Source: Octopus vulgaris (lineage: Eukaryota). From it: a stretch of DNA of 64,000 nt. The stretch is taken from assembly GCA_951406725.2 (NCBI GenBank), contig OX597827.1:11842001-11906000 (forward strand), in the 5' to 3' direction. Numbering within the stretch: the stretch's first letter is position 1; every line of letters begins with the position of its first letter. Shown piece by piece: positions 21,958-34,777 of the stretch. The notes beneath the pieces were generated by a model. The model saw only the letters and a list, made by a program, of their open reading frames with translations, was not told where the DNA came from and did not search any database. The translations under genes were made by a program, and so were the position numbers.

Positions 21958-22871
21958 CATGCATACATATATATATATATATACATATACATACATACAT
22001 ATATATATATACATACATATATATATATCTATATATATACATATACATACATATTTATATATGTATATATATATATATACATATACATACATACATATAT
22101 ATATATATATGTGTATATATGTATACATATATACACGCACATATAAATGTGTGTATGGTTGTGTTTGCATGTGTATATGTATATATAGATATATATGTAT
22201 ATGAGAAAGAGAGAGAGAGAGAGGAAAGAGATAGTGACACACAGACACACAAACGCAAATACAGTAAAAATACAAATAATCCACCCTATATCCTAAGAGC
22301 TAATGATTTAACTAACGAGGGAAACATGATGGAACTTCCAAACTTATCAATCATAACACAATGCTTGTCTTTCTTATCCTGCCTCTCTCTCTCTCTCTCT
22401 CTACCTAATTGACTGACAATTTCCTCACGAGCAATAAAAAGACAATGTTACTATAAAATAACTAAATACCATTAATCACCTTCACCAAAAAGCAAAAATG
22501 ATCAATCATTATTAACCTTTATTATCATAAGGTGACTTCTGAAACAACCAGGTCATGGAAAGAACTAAAGATTATTACTTAGAATATATCTAATCAGGTC
22601 AGTGTTTTACTGTCAGCTTTTGACAATTCTGAAAACTTGGCCATTTCTAAGCGTATTACAAGAATGGTGTTTGCTATGGTAGCCATGACAAAGAAGCTGA
22701 CCTAGTATTTTAGGATGTTCCATTATCTCTACAATCTAGATAAGTAGCTATCCAGCTTATAGCTTGTGTAGAGAATTGGGTCATGGTATAATTCTAAAAA
22801 GGATTACAATACAATATCTCTTACTTTTGAAATAATCATAATTTACATTCACTTCCAGGTTAAACATAGTG

Positions 22872-23255
22872 TAGGCGCAATGGCCCAGTGGTTAGGGCAG
22901 TGGATTCACGGTCATAGGATCACGGTTTCGATTCCCAGACCGGGCGTTGTGAGTGTTTATTGAGCAAAAACACCTAAAGCTCCACGAGGCTCCGGCAGGG
23001 ATGGTGGTGATCCCTGCTGTACTCTTTCACCACAACTTTCTCTCTCTTTTACTTCCTGTTTCTGTTGTACCTGTATTTTTCAAAGGGCCGGCCTTGTCAC
23101 TCTCTGTGTCATGCTGATTATCCCAGAGAACTACATTAAGGGTACACGTGTCTGTGGAGTGCTCAGCCACTTACACGTTAATTTCACAAGCAGGCTGTTC
23201 TGTTGATTCGGATCAACCGGAACCCTCGTCGTCGTAACCGACGGAGTGCTTCCAA
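22872..23255 (+). mobile_element. SINE family C (long-tail variant)
   Basis: Same head as 7383, with a tail matching 36891-37277. Confidence 0.85.
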
Positions 23256-23696
23256 AACAATCCTTATAGTATTAAAAACGCTTTCTACATTGGCAGAAGG
23301 CCACAAATTCGTAGGACACTACCCTTTTAGTTGGGCTAGAGGACCATCTTTTGAGCCTAATTTCTACAGCTAGGTGCCACTTTACAGAGTGCATTATATC
23401 ACTAGTGAGTCTCTATGTTGTCTCTTGTTTACAAACCACTTTACAATTTATGACACCAACACTTGTGTGCTTGCCTTCTGCCTTGCTAAGACTAAAGGAC
23501 TTTCAATACTTTATACTGTGTCCAATACCTTAACACCATGTGATCAAAAATTTAAATAGTAAAGAGAGTTATAACAGGAGAAAACAAGTTTTATAAAATG
23601 TAAAATATTTGTGAAATAGCAATACCTGGAAACAGTTATCCTGTGTGTAAACACTAAGAACAATTTTGCTCTTTTCTCTCAATTGTTAAATTAGTA

Positions 23697-24215
23697 ATGC
23701 TCTATGGTATGGCCTGGTCAGCCTGTAATGACATGCATAAGATCTGGTCGTCAAATCTAAGTAGAGACTTCAAACTTGAAATCTTCAAAGCCACAGTCGA
23801 ACCAATTCTACTATATGGCTCAGAAACCTGGATGTTATCAAAGAAGCTTGAGAAGTGGTTGGATGGAACCTACACTCACCTCCTTATGAGAGCTCAAAAT
23901 CTCTCGTGGAAGCGCCATCCAACGAAAATGCAAATATATGGGAAACTACCACATGTGTCATCTCTTGTGAAAGGTAGGAGAGTCCAGTTTGCTGGACATT
24001 GTTGTAGAGCTGAAAACGAGGCAATTTCTACTCTTCTCCTCTGGAAGCCATCTACTTGCAATACTAGAGGGCACACACTCTCCTACCCTGATGTAATCTC
24101 CAGGTATACAGGCATCCAGCAACAGGACCTCCGTAATGCCATGATGGACCGTGAAGTCTGGTGTAGCATGGAAAATTCCATTGTCTCGACCACGGTCAAA
24201 CAATGATGATGATGA
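23697..24215 (+). pseudogene. 3' fragment of an RTE-like LINE ORF with (GAT)n tail
   Basis: AWSACNDMHKIW...FKATVEPILLYGSETW..K.LDGTYT.LL...RR.QFAGHC.R, with the stop followed directly by TGATGATGATG. Confidence 0.85.
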
Positions 24216-24707
24216 ATGCTCTATGAAGAAAAAGAGAAAAAAAACACACACTCACACATTCCATGAATTCCTTCCAGACAATAATTATTATCTCTCTATA
24301 AGAATTTTCTTGCTTCATAAAATGTTTAATTACTCAATATATCTTAGGTTATATCATGCTGAAGATTTCTAAACAGAATGAAATAGTACAATAAGTGATT
24401 AGTACTGACTAAAAATTTTAAGAACGTTGTAATAAGTAGACTAAAAATTAAAGAAAATTAAATATATAAATTCTATTTTCTTATTCCGTAATTTCAAATT
24501 CAAAATTCTAACACTGCCAAATATCATGGAGAAATGATTATTTCCCTTTTAATAACTGTCCTGTGGGGACAAATGGGATTTGGAAATATGCTGTGTAATA
24601 ATCTTGAGGTCTAGAGGCCACAACAAACAATAACAACAAACATAATCTGAGGAATATTTCCCTTTCACAAGTATTAACCTATTGACATTTAAACGCCTGT
24701 GCCTATA

Positions 24708-24918
24708 TACTCTTTTACTCTTTTACTTGTTTTAGTCATCTGACTGCAGCCATGCTGGAGCACCGCCTTTAATCGAGAAACTCGACCCCGGGACTTATTC
24801 TTTGTAAGCCCAGTACTTATTCTATCGGTCTCTTTTGCTGAACTGCTAAGTGACGGGGACATAAACACACTAGCATCAGTTGTCAAGCAATGCAAGGGGG
24901 ACAAATACAGACACACAA

Positions 24919-24951
<33 letters not shown>

Positions 24952-25114
24952 CGATGGGCTTCTTTCAGTTTCCGTCTACCAAATCCACTCACAAGGCTTT
25001 GTTCGGCCTGAGGCTATAGTAGAAGACACTTGCCCGAGGTGCCACGCAGTGGGACTGAACCCGGAACCATGTGGTTGGTAAGCAAGCTACTTACCACACA
25101 GCCACTCCTGCGCC
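24708..25114 (-). mobile_element. SINE family A
   Basis: Reverse complement of 43-447. Confidence 0.9.
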
Positions 25115-25432
25115 TATATGTAAAAATTTTTTAAATAGCATCCTGGGGTAGTATTGATTTACCAGTATCAGTTGTGATGTTAAAAGGTTGGAAACCTCTG
25201 CATGAGATGGAGCCATAGTGTAGTATTAAAAATGCTTTACTACACTGGCAGAAGGCCACAAATTCGTAGGGTATAGATAAAGTTGGCTTATCAAGTGCTC
25301 TTCATGCCTCATAAATATTTTATCTTCCTGCAAGGTTTTTCACTCCAGAAACTTGAATATGAAAGCAAACACGAGTCACGTATTTGATACTTTACTGTTT
25401 CAGACACTTCATCACTGTTTCTATAGCATTCA

Positions 25433-25750
25433 ATCATCATCATCATCATCATCGTTTAACGTCCGCTTTCCATGCTAGCATGGGTTGGACGATTTGACTG
25501 AGGGCTGGTGAACCAGATGGCTGCACCAGGCTCCAATCTGATCTGGCAGAGTTTCTACAGCTGGATTCCCTTTCTAGCGCCAACTACTCTAAGAGTGTAG
25601 TGGATGCTTTTACGTGGCACCGGCAAGAAGGACAGTCAGGCGGTGCTGGCAACGACCTTACTCGAATGTTTTTACACATGCCACTGGTGCAAGTGCCAGT
25701 AAGGCGACACTCGATCACACTCGAAAGGTGCCTTTTACGTGCCACTGGCG
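25433..25750 (-). mobile_element. RTE LINE 3' end
   Basis: Homologous to 39230-39770. Confidence 0.8.
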
Positions 25751-25999
25751 GTTTAACAAAATTAGTAGAGTATTGGAGAAATTGTCATGTGAAACTTGAT
25801 TATACAACTTTAAATTTAGATTTCAAATCCCATTGCGATCAACTATGTTTTACATCTTTTTGGAGTCAATAAGTTAAATACTGGAGTTAATGAAATCAAC
25901 TATGCTTGACACCCTAAATTCAAAGTCATGTGCCTGTTTCATAAACCTAACAATGATTCAAAGAAAAATGTACAAGTAAACTCAGTGCTTAAATTATAT

Positions 26000-26420
26000 A
26001 TACTTTTTACTCTCTTTTACTCTTTTACTTGTTTCAGTCAATTTGACTGCGGCCATGCTGGAGCACCGCCTTTAGTCGAGCAAATCGACCCCGGGACTTA
26101 TTCTTTGTAAGCCCAGTGCTTATTCTATCGGTCTCTTTTTGCCGAACTGCTAAGTGACGGGGACGTAAACACACCAGCATCAGTTGTCAAGCAATGCTAG
26201 GGGGACAAACACAGACACACAAACACACACACATACACATTTATATATACATATATACGACAGGCTTCTTTCAGTTTCCGTCTACCAAATCCACTCACAA
26301 GGCTTTGGTTGGCCTGGGGCTATAGTAGAAGACACTTGCCCAAGATGCCACGCAGTGGGACTGAACCTGCAACCGTGTGGTTGGTTAGCAAGCTACTTAC
26401 CACACACCCACTCCTGCACC
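26000..26420 (-). mobile_element. SINE family A
   Basis: Reverse complement of 43-447. Confidence 0.9.
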
Positions 26421-26924
26421 TTTTATTATCAATAAAATATATAACAGAATGTCTAAAACTGAAAGCATGACTTCGAATATGTTTGACTGGTGGACAGGAT
26501 GTTTGATATAGAAGTTTAGTGGCATACTACTTGAAAATAGTACTTTCGGAACTTGCTTTGTGTATACATAAGTGATATTTCAACAATATTTCTCACATTT
26601 CCAGGAACTTGTCTACTAAAATGGCATCAAACTATAAAACATCACAGTTTCAGCAAATCTATAAATGGAAGTGATGGACACTTAATAGGTAAAACTATCT
26701 CCTGTCAGAATTGAAACAAAATGATCAAAGAGCTGACTCAAATTAAACATTATGTGTTTATCAATGTGATATGTGTAGGTGATTATACCACCATATTTAA
26801 TGGAATATAAGGCATACTTTCCTTCAAAAAACAAGAGATGTCTCAAAAGCTCACCTTAGGTCCGATATATGAAGTTGGGTCAATATTATATGCTTTAATG
26901 TTCAACAAATATTTTTCTCATAGC

Positions 26925-27312
26925 CACCACCCCCGTGTTGGTGGCACGTAAAAGCACCATCCGTTCGTGTCCGTTGCCAGCCTCGCCTGGCCCCCGTGCC
27001 GGTGACACATAAAAGCACCATCCGTTCGTGGCCGTTGCCAGCCTCGCCTGGCCCCCGTGCCGGTGACACGTAAAAGCACTATCCGTTTGTGGCCGTTTGC
27101 CAGCTCTGTCTGGCACCTGTGCAGGTGGCACGTAAAAAGCACCCACTACACTCACGGAGTGGTTGGCGTTAGGAAGGGCATCCAGCCGTAGAAACACTGC
27201 CAGATCTGACTGGGCCTGATGAAGCCTTCAACCTTCACAGACCCCAGTTGAACCGTCCAACCCATGCTAGCATGGAAAACGGACACTAAATGATGATGAT
27301 GATGATGATGAT
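26925..27312 (+). mobile_element. RTE LINE 3' end with 61 bp tandem units
   Basis: Units start near 26931, 26992 and 27053. Ends in a (GAT)n tail. Confidence 0.8.
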
Positions 27313-28092
27313 GTGCTGCTGGGATTGGTGGTGTTGGTGTTTAATATTACTGTTCGTCTTTTATGCCATCAAATAGGATAATTGTTGCAGAGAGCTCTGG
27401 ATCTGTATGTTAAAATCTACAGCTTCTGAACCAACTGATTTCTGGAGAATGAAGTGTGAGTGCTGAGAGAAGTTTGAGAATATTGAAGTCACTGAGAATG
27501 AGGACTTCAGAGGGAGGAGATGTACCGAGTGTGTCCTTGATGCAGAAAAAATGAGGGCTTATTGAAGATGTGAGGAATTAAGAGAGTCATAGTGATAGAA
27601 GCAGAACATATATTTACAAAACTGGAAAAGATACTTTGATCCAGAATTCCTTTTTTTTTGGTTTTTTTTTTGGCTGATACTAGATGAAAGAGATGCAGAG
27701 ATTATCTATATACATGCAATTACTGCCTTTTTCGAGTGAAGATAATACTTAGAGCATGGTCCATATATAATAGATTAGCTATAGATATGAGTTAAGCAGT
27801 GTGTGTTTTAAAAGAGGACAGGATATATGTTTATAGGTGATGGATTGGATCCAGGCTGAACAGATGTCCACAAATGTTAATAAAAAAAAAAGATGGAAAA
27901 TTATCTAGCAGACTTAACGTGGATGTATTTTTTAGTTTTGTCTTAATATTTTCGTAATGGTTTTGTTTAGGTTGTGAGTGAGGACAAAGGAGACGCGGAC
28001 TAATTACAGCATTGAATCCAATTAGTGCCACTGGCTTTCAGTAATTTCAGAAGAGTCTCTCAAAATTCCATACTTGCTGGGGTACCAGTTGT

Positions 28093-28310
28093 GTACTCTT
28101 TTACTCTTTTACTTGTTTCAGTCATTTGACTGCAGCCATATTGGAGAAGCGCCTTTAGTCAAAGAAATCGACCCCCAGGACTTATTCTATGTAAGCCTAG
28201 AACTTATTCTATCGGTCTCTTTTTGCCGAACTGCTAAGTGACGGGGATGAAAACACACCAGCATCGGTTGTCAAGCGATGCTGGGGGGACAAACACATAC
28301 ACAAACATAG

Positions 28311-28347
<37 letters not shown>

Positions 28348-28437
28348 CACACATATATATGACGGGCTTCTTTCAGTTTCTTTCTACCAAATCCACTCAC
28401 TAAGTTTTGGTCAGCCCGAGGCTATAGCAGAAGATAC
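28093..28437 (-). mobile_element. SINE family A, 5'-truncated
   Basis: Reverse complement of the family A body and tail. Confidence 0.85.
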
Positions 28438-28476
28438 TATTGAGATAATTCACAATCAGTTCAAACTAAATATATT

Positions 28477-29396
28477 TATGAGGAGGTCTGAAAAGTTTCT
28501 GGCTTTAAGGATATTGTGAAAAATCTGGTTGGAGGCCAAATATTTCAAGTTCTCTTACAGGGCTTAGAAAAATTGTTTTATGTTCAAACACGTCAGATCC
28601 AGCCTCTCACAACTATCAATGTCATTCTAAAAAGTATACAATCACCTCATCAAAATCTGAGAGCTATGAGATAAAGCATAATCAATTCCAACATTTCAAG
28701 TTCTTTTACTGGGCTTAGAAAAACTGAAGGACTGCTGCAATAAGTGTGTGAATCTGAGAGGGGAATATCTCTCTCTATATAAACGGCAGTTTGTCTGTCT
28801 GTGTGTCTGTGTGTTTGTCAGGTTGTACCCTCACCCTGACCATGGCTTTCAACCGATTCTGATGAAACTTGACACACACATAGCCCAATGTCATAATTCA
28901 AAACTAACGCAGCGAAAATTTTGAAAAGTTCCCCCAGTTTTGAAAAAAATCGATAAATTCGACATGGAGTCGAGAATCTAAGCTTTTTATATGCAACACA
29001 TTTTCTGTTGTAGTTTTCGCAACTTGCAATCGATTTTCACCAAACTCATGGTGAAGCTTAATGTTACCCTAAGAAACTTAATTCTGATGTTAGTTTTCAA
29101 TGCAATACCTTACCATCAGAAAAAAATCGATAAAATCATGCCATTTTGGGAAATCGCGTTTTCGCCCAAACGGACAGCTAGGAGCATCGTATACACAGAA
29201 GACATTGCAACCTACACATGCACCTTCGTTCCCTAGAGGGAAAGGACTAGATTGGGATTAGTCGTTGCCTACTAGGGGCTCTTACATACCCGGGCAACGC
29301 CGGGCTATGCTGCTAGTATTCAATAAAATCATGATTAACCGATCCTCTTGTATCTTCTTTTACCCAAAGCCAGGAAATTTCCAGCATCCCCTTGTA
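28477..29396. mobile_element. Mariner-like MITE interrupted by a Helitron
   Basis: Imperfect terminal inverted repeats TATGAGGAGGTCTGAAAAGTTTCTGGCTTT and AAAGCCAGGAAATTTCCAGCATCCCCTTGTA. Confidence 0.6.
28768..29316 (+). mobile_element. Non-autonomous Helitron
   Basis: 5' TC...TATATAAA, 3' GC-rich hairpin CCCGGGCAACGCCGGG followed by CTAG, inserted between A and T with no target-site duplication. Confidence 0.85.
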
Positions 29397-30059
29397 AATA
29401 TGTATTATATTTAACAGAGAAATCTGAATGCTAAAGGATTAAACACTTTACACAGAGCACATTTCAAACCAATTTTCAAATAATAAATTATTTTCTTTTT
29501 TTCTCAGTCTGTTGTTGATTGCAATAGATATGAAATTGTTCACTTTAACAACAAAAGTCACTCACTTTTGGTTTCCACTATATTTATTTTCAGTTCCAAC
29601 CTTGTTTTCTCATTGACATTTTTCTATGGTCCTAAACTTAATGGAAATATTGAAAGAAAAATGTTATGAAATTTCTGCAGTTACTTATTTCTCACATCTG
29701 CTCAAAGAATGCCTCCATATTCTTGTCTGATAATTCAAGCTCACTCTCTATACATTTGCTAATGTAAGTTTAAATTCTCTGTTTTTACAAGATATTATTG
29801 TTGTCATTACTTCATGAGTTATTTTTTAAAATTCCTTTTTACTTTTTAACCATTTCTTTTTTTTTATTATTTGATTTTACTTTCCATTCTTCAATGTTAC
29901 AGCTTCTTCTATATGTTAATTTGTTGACAGTTTTTTGGGCTGTATCCAGCCAACAAACTTTTCACTAATATGATTTCTACAAAAGTTTTCCATTCTAATA
30001 TTTTCCAGATTACGCTGTAGAGATACTCTTTGATTCATCAGAAGACGATCTCCTTATAG

Positions 30060-30625
30060 TTTGCTGCCAAGTACTACAAGGTAGGGATGAGAAAAGTGTT
30101 GTGAAGACTGGGACATTGGTCGTCTCAAGAAAGTCTTTCCAGTATATTCTGATTGTCAGTAGGACATAACTAAGGCAAGTAGAGAAGTTTAACCCTTTCG
30201 TTACTGTATTTATTTTGAGATGCTCTGTGTTTCTTTCATTTACTTTAAATATAACAAAGAATTTAGTAAAATAACTTAGTTATCATTAAGCTAGTGTTAG
30301 AAACATAAATTGTGACAAAGGTTTGGTGGAAGATTTTAATTCAAAACTTGTGAAAACAAGATATTTGTACTCAGAGCCAGAGCCGGTTTCAGCCAGGTTG
30401 GTAATGAAAGGGTTAAGTATCTTGGGAATGTATTCATGAGTGATGGGAGGCAGGAGGCTGAACTAGAAGCTAGAACTGCAGGTGCCGGCAGAGTGATAGG
30501 CCAAATTCAGCATATGATCCTTAGAAGAGGAGAGGTTGGTAAAAGAAGCCAAACTTGCTATCTTCATTTCAGTTTTCGGGTCTATCATCACTTATGGTCA
30601 TGAATGTTGAGTAATGACTGAAAAA
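30060..30625 (+). pseudogene. Degenerate RTE-type RT C-terminal fragment
   Basis: LRQVEKF|KYLGNVFMSDGRQEAELEAR...IITYGHEC*VMTEK, split by a MITE. Confidence 0.75.
30193..30412. mobile_element. piggyBac-like MITE
   Basis: TTAA duplication (30189-30192 and 30413-30416) with terminal inverted repeats CCCTTTCGTTAC and GTAATGAAAGGG. Confidence 0.85.
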
Positions 30626-31607
30626 ACATTGGTGTGAATACAGGTGCCATGTAAAAAGCATCCAGTCCACTCTGTAAAGTGGTCGGCATTAAGAAGGGCA
30701 TCCAGTTGTAGAAGCCAAGCCTAAACAGGTTATAGAGCCTGGTGTTGCCCCTTGTCTTGCCAGTTCTTGTGAAGCCATCCAACCTGTGTCAGCTTGGATA
30801 ACAGACTTTAAATGATGAAGACAATCATGAACATGATGTCTGTAGTATTATACAAATTCAATTCTTGTATTAATATTGTGGTTTGCTTCAGAAAGCCTGT
30901 CTACTGCTATTAGCCAGCAGGCATGATTTTACCACAAAGTTATTCATTTTACTGAAGATATATTTATATTTATATTTATATACAGGTAGGGCCAAAAGTA
31001 GGTGTGCACTTTTTAAATTAACTTTTTTTTTTTTTTACGTGTACCATGAATAATGGCAAATAATTTGAGTCAAGAACAAAGAAAGTGGATTCTAAAGCAG
31101 TATTGGAAGACTGAAAATGCTGAGCAGGTGTGTATGACATGGAGAGAAGCATTCTCCACTAACATGACTGACAATTCATTGCATGAGGTAAATTTGGAAA
31201 AACGGGTTCGGTGGTCAATACATCGAAATATGGACATCTTTGAACGTCAATGAGTGAAGAAAATGAGATAAGAGTCACTTTTCCATTTGTGAACAATCCG
31301 CAAAAGTCCACATGCCATGCATCACAGGGGCTATCCATACAGAAAACACCTTTGTGAGGCTTAATGAGTAAATTGAAATTGAAACTATATCATCCACGGC
31401 TGGTACATGGTCTTCTGGAGGATGCCCTAGATTATCAATTGCAAATTCTGTGAGACGATGCATGAAAAAATCACTAATGAACAACCAGACATTCTTGATA
31501 AAATCACCTGGTCCGATGAGGCTTGTTTCAAGTTGTCAGACCACATAAACAGGCATAACTGTGTGTGCTGGGTAGATGGAAATCTTCATTTAGTATCACA
31601 GTGTGGG

Positions 31608-31922
31608 GTAGCAGAGGCACATGGCCTAGTGGTTAGAGCAGCAGACTCGCGGTTGAGGGATCGCGGGTTCGAATCTCAGACCAGGCGGTCTGTGTGTGTT
31701 TATGAGTGAAACACCTAAGCTCCATGCTGCTTCCAGCAGAAGGTAAAAGCGAACTTCTGCTGACTCTTTCGCCACAACTTTCTCTCACTCTTTCCTCCTG
31801 CATCTTGCAGCTCCCCTGCAACGGACTGGCATCTCATCCAGGTGGGGAACCTATACGCCAAGGAAACCGGGAAACCGGCCCTTATGAGCCAGGCATGGCT
31901 TGAGAAGGAACAAACAAGCAAA
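31608..31922 (+). mobile_element. SINE family C variant inside the transposase
   Basis: tRNA-like head and a flanking ACAGTGTGGG direct repeat. Confidence 0.8.
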
Positions 31923-32159
31923 CAGTGTGGGATACACTGTCCTGCAAAGGTGTTGTAGGACCAAATTTCTTTGATAGAACTGTGAATAGTAACAGTTACT
32001 TAAACATGCTTCATGGTGTAATTATGGCACAATTTAAAACCAGAGCAAATTTTTCCAAATTGTTCTCTCAGTAAGATGTGGGGGCAGCAGCTTATAATGC
32101 TTTAAATGTAAGAGATTACCTTGATGATAACTTCCCACAGCACTGGATTGAATGCTGGG

Positions 32160-32278
32160 GCTTACGGCCATATCACGTTGAAAGCACTGGTTCTCGTCCG
32201 ATCATGGAAGTTAAGCAACATCGAGCCTAGTTAGTACTTAGAGGGGTGATCGCTTGGGAAACCTTGGTGCTGTAAGCA
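32160..32278 (+). rRNA. 5S rRNA copy (probable retropseudogene)
   Basis: GCTTACGGCCATATCACGTTGAAAGCAC...CGATC..GAAGTTAAGCAAC...TTAGTACTT..A.GGGTGA.CGC.TGGGAA...GGTGCTGTAAGC, with paired termini and a T-run downstream. It is solitary and has several substitutions. Confidence 0.9.
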
Positions 32279-32296
32279 TTTCGGTTTTTTTTGTAA

Positions 32297-32774
32297 GGCG
32301 GCAAGCTGGCAGAAACGTTAGTGCGCCGGGCGAAATGCTTAGCAGTATTTCGTCTGCCGCTACATTCTGAGTTCAAATTCCACCGAGGTCGACTTTGCCT
32401 TTCATCCTCTCAGGGTCGATAAATAAAGTACCAGTTTCGCACTGGGTCGATGTAATCTATTTCCTTACTACGCACAAGGGGCTAAACATAGAGGGGATAA
32501 ACAAGGACAGACAAACGGATTAAGTCGATTACATTGACCCCCAGTGCGTAACTGGTACTTAATTTATCGACCCCGAAAGGATGAAAGGCAAAGTCAACCT
32601 CAGCGGAATTTGAATTCAGAATGTAACGGCAGACGAAATACGGCTACGCATTTCGCCCGGCGTGCTAACGATTCTGCCAGCTCGCCGCCCTGGGTCGATG
32701 TAATCGACTTAATCCCTTTGTGTGTCTTTGTTTGTCCCCTCTATGTTTAGCCCCTTGTGGGCAGTAAAGAAATA
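32297..32774 (+). mobile_element. SINE family B containing an inverted family B copy (32458-32689)
   Basis: The inner copy is flanked by a duplicated CTGGGTCGATGTAATC. Confidence 0.9.
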
Positions 32775-33608
32775 TGGATTGAATGCCGGGGCAGCATCGA
32801 ATGGCCACCACATTCACCCGACTTTATACCAATGAACTTCTTTCGGGGGAGAATAGTAAAAAAAAAACTCCACACAGTGGACAAATTAAATGAGTTCAAT
32901 TTTTATTGAAATTGATGCAGATCAGAATTTGTGTTGTGTTGTGTGCTGCAGTGTTCTGGAAAGATTTGAGAAATGTTGCAATGCAGAATATTGAAAGAGG
33001 ACCATGTAGTTGGTTCGCAAGCTACTTACCACACAGCCACTCCTGCGCCTAAACCACTCCTGTTTAATAAATATAATTTGTTGCTATTTATGTTAAACTG
33101 TCATATGTCCAAATTTGGCCAAATGCATTTATTTCAATATCTAATTTTGCTTGCAATAGCTGGTTCTTTTGGTTGAACTATCGTATCTCCAGCAGTTTCA
33201 GATGCCAAGATATGAAAATTTTTAAAGTGTATTACAACGGTTTAGCATTTTTCAAAAGTGTAATAAGTCCCACATACAACAGTTTTGCAAAAATATTTCT
33301 GACTGAAAATTATGGTACATGCATGGATTTACGATTTTATGCATCCGACAAACTGAAACTTTTGCTAATGTAAACAAAAGAAATGGAATGGTGAATATAT
33401 TTCTTTGTTTTCTGAAAAAAACAACGTTTTGGACTTACGACACTTTCACATAATAGCAATGAATTGTAATAAATAAATGTAAATGTAATAAAATGAGAAA
33501 ATTCTGAAGTGTATGCCTACTTTTGGCCCACCGAATATATAAAAATCTATCTATTTATCTGTCTATATATATATTTGTGTCTGTATGTATATGTGTGCGT
33601 ATGTATAC

Positions 33609-33708
<100 letters not shown>

Positions 33709-33896
33709 TATATATATCTATATGTATGTTGTTGCTGCCTTGGTGGCCCAGTAGGTAAGGGTGTTGAGAAGTAATAATGTAATATAACAGGTAGTTTCAA
33801 ATCTCTGCCAGGAATTCTATTTTAACGGCGGTGCATCAGCATGGCCGCAGCTCTGAGCTGAAATAAGCCAAAAAAAAAATGTATATATATAATATA

Positions 33897-34210
33897 TCAG
33901 ATCATCCCATAAGTCCTGTCCGATTTCACCTTTTTTAAAATTGAATGAAATTTAATAGTATTTTAGAATGTCTAATGGAATTAAAAATTACTTTTATGCA
34001 TTTGCGTACATTTAAACTAATTAAATATTATTTTACAGAATAATGAAATTAAAATTTCTTTGATTAAAATCCTTTCTAACATGGAAGTATCCAAAGAGCA
34101 TTTGAGGCACATAATACTTTATGAGTACAAAAAAAGGAAACTCTGCAGCCGAAGTGGCTCGAAACATACACTCAGTTTATGGGAAAGAATGCTTGAATGA
34201 AAGAACTTGC
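33897..34210 (+). pseudogene. Mariner element 5' end with transposase N-terminus
   Basis: MEVSKEHLRHIILYEYKK/GNSAAEVARNIHSVYGKECLNERTC from 34081 (mariner HTH), with a frameshift in an A-run. Confidence 0.8.
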
Positions 34211-34572
34211 ATTTAATCAGGTTCTCTAATGATTCAGCCAATTTTTCATTCACCTGAAGTAAATACAGTATTAAAACATCAGGCAGATTTGAACTCATGA
34301 TATATGAAATAATGGTCTAACACCATATCCACTTAACCAATTAGTTTTCATTTATAAATTTATGGTACACACACACACACACACATGCTCGCACAAATAT
34401 ACACACAAATGCACATACACACATACCCACACACATGTATATGAGTGTGTTATTGCTTTTATATCTGTGTGTGTGTGCTTTCTGTGTAAATGTTGCCTGT
34501 TTTTGTGTCTATACGTATTCACAAATGCATACATTCATACATACATTCATATACACACACACGTTATATGTA

Positions 34573-34621
<49 letters not shown>

Positions 34622-34719
34622 TGCACATATACACAAAGATATACAAGTAAACCACTTTTATGCATGCATACTTAAACCATATAAATATCTTTAGTGATAT
34701 ATTCATACATACATATATA

Positions 34720-34777
<58 letters not shown>

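Larger units (their letters stand above)
30983..33534 (+). mobile_element. Decayed Tc1/mariner element (rosa/DD41D-like) with nested insertions
   Basis: Terminal inverted repeats CAGGTAGGGCCAAAAGTAGGTGTGCACT and AGTGTATGCCTACTTTTGGCCCACCG. Transposase remnants LSQEQRKWILKQYWKTEN, WSDEACFKL..INRHNC and WIECRGSIEWPPHSPD. Confidence 0.85.

Noticed and set aside
26184-26435. Recurring ORFs such as MSSNARGTNTDTQ...YDRLLSVSVYQIHSQG
   Set aside because: Antisense translations of SINE family A, not a gene family.
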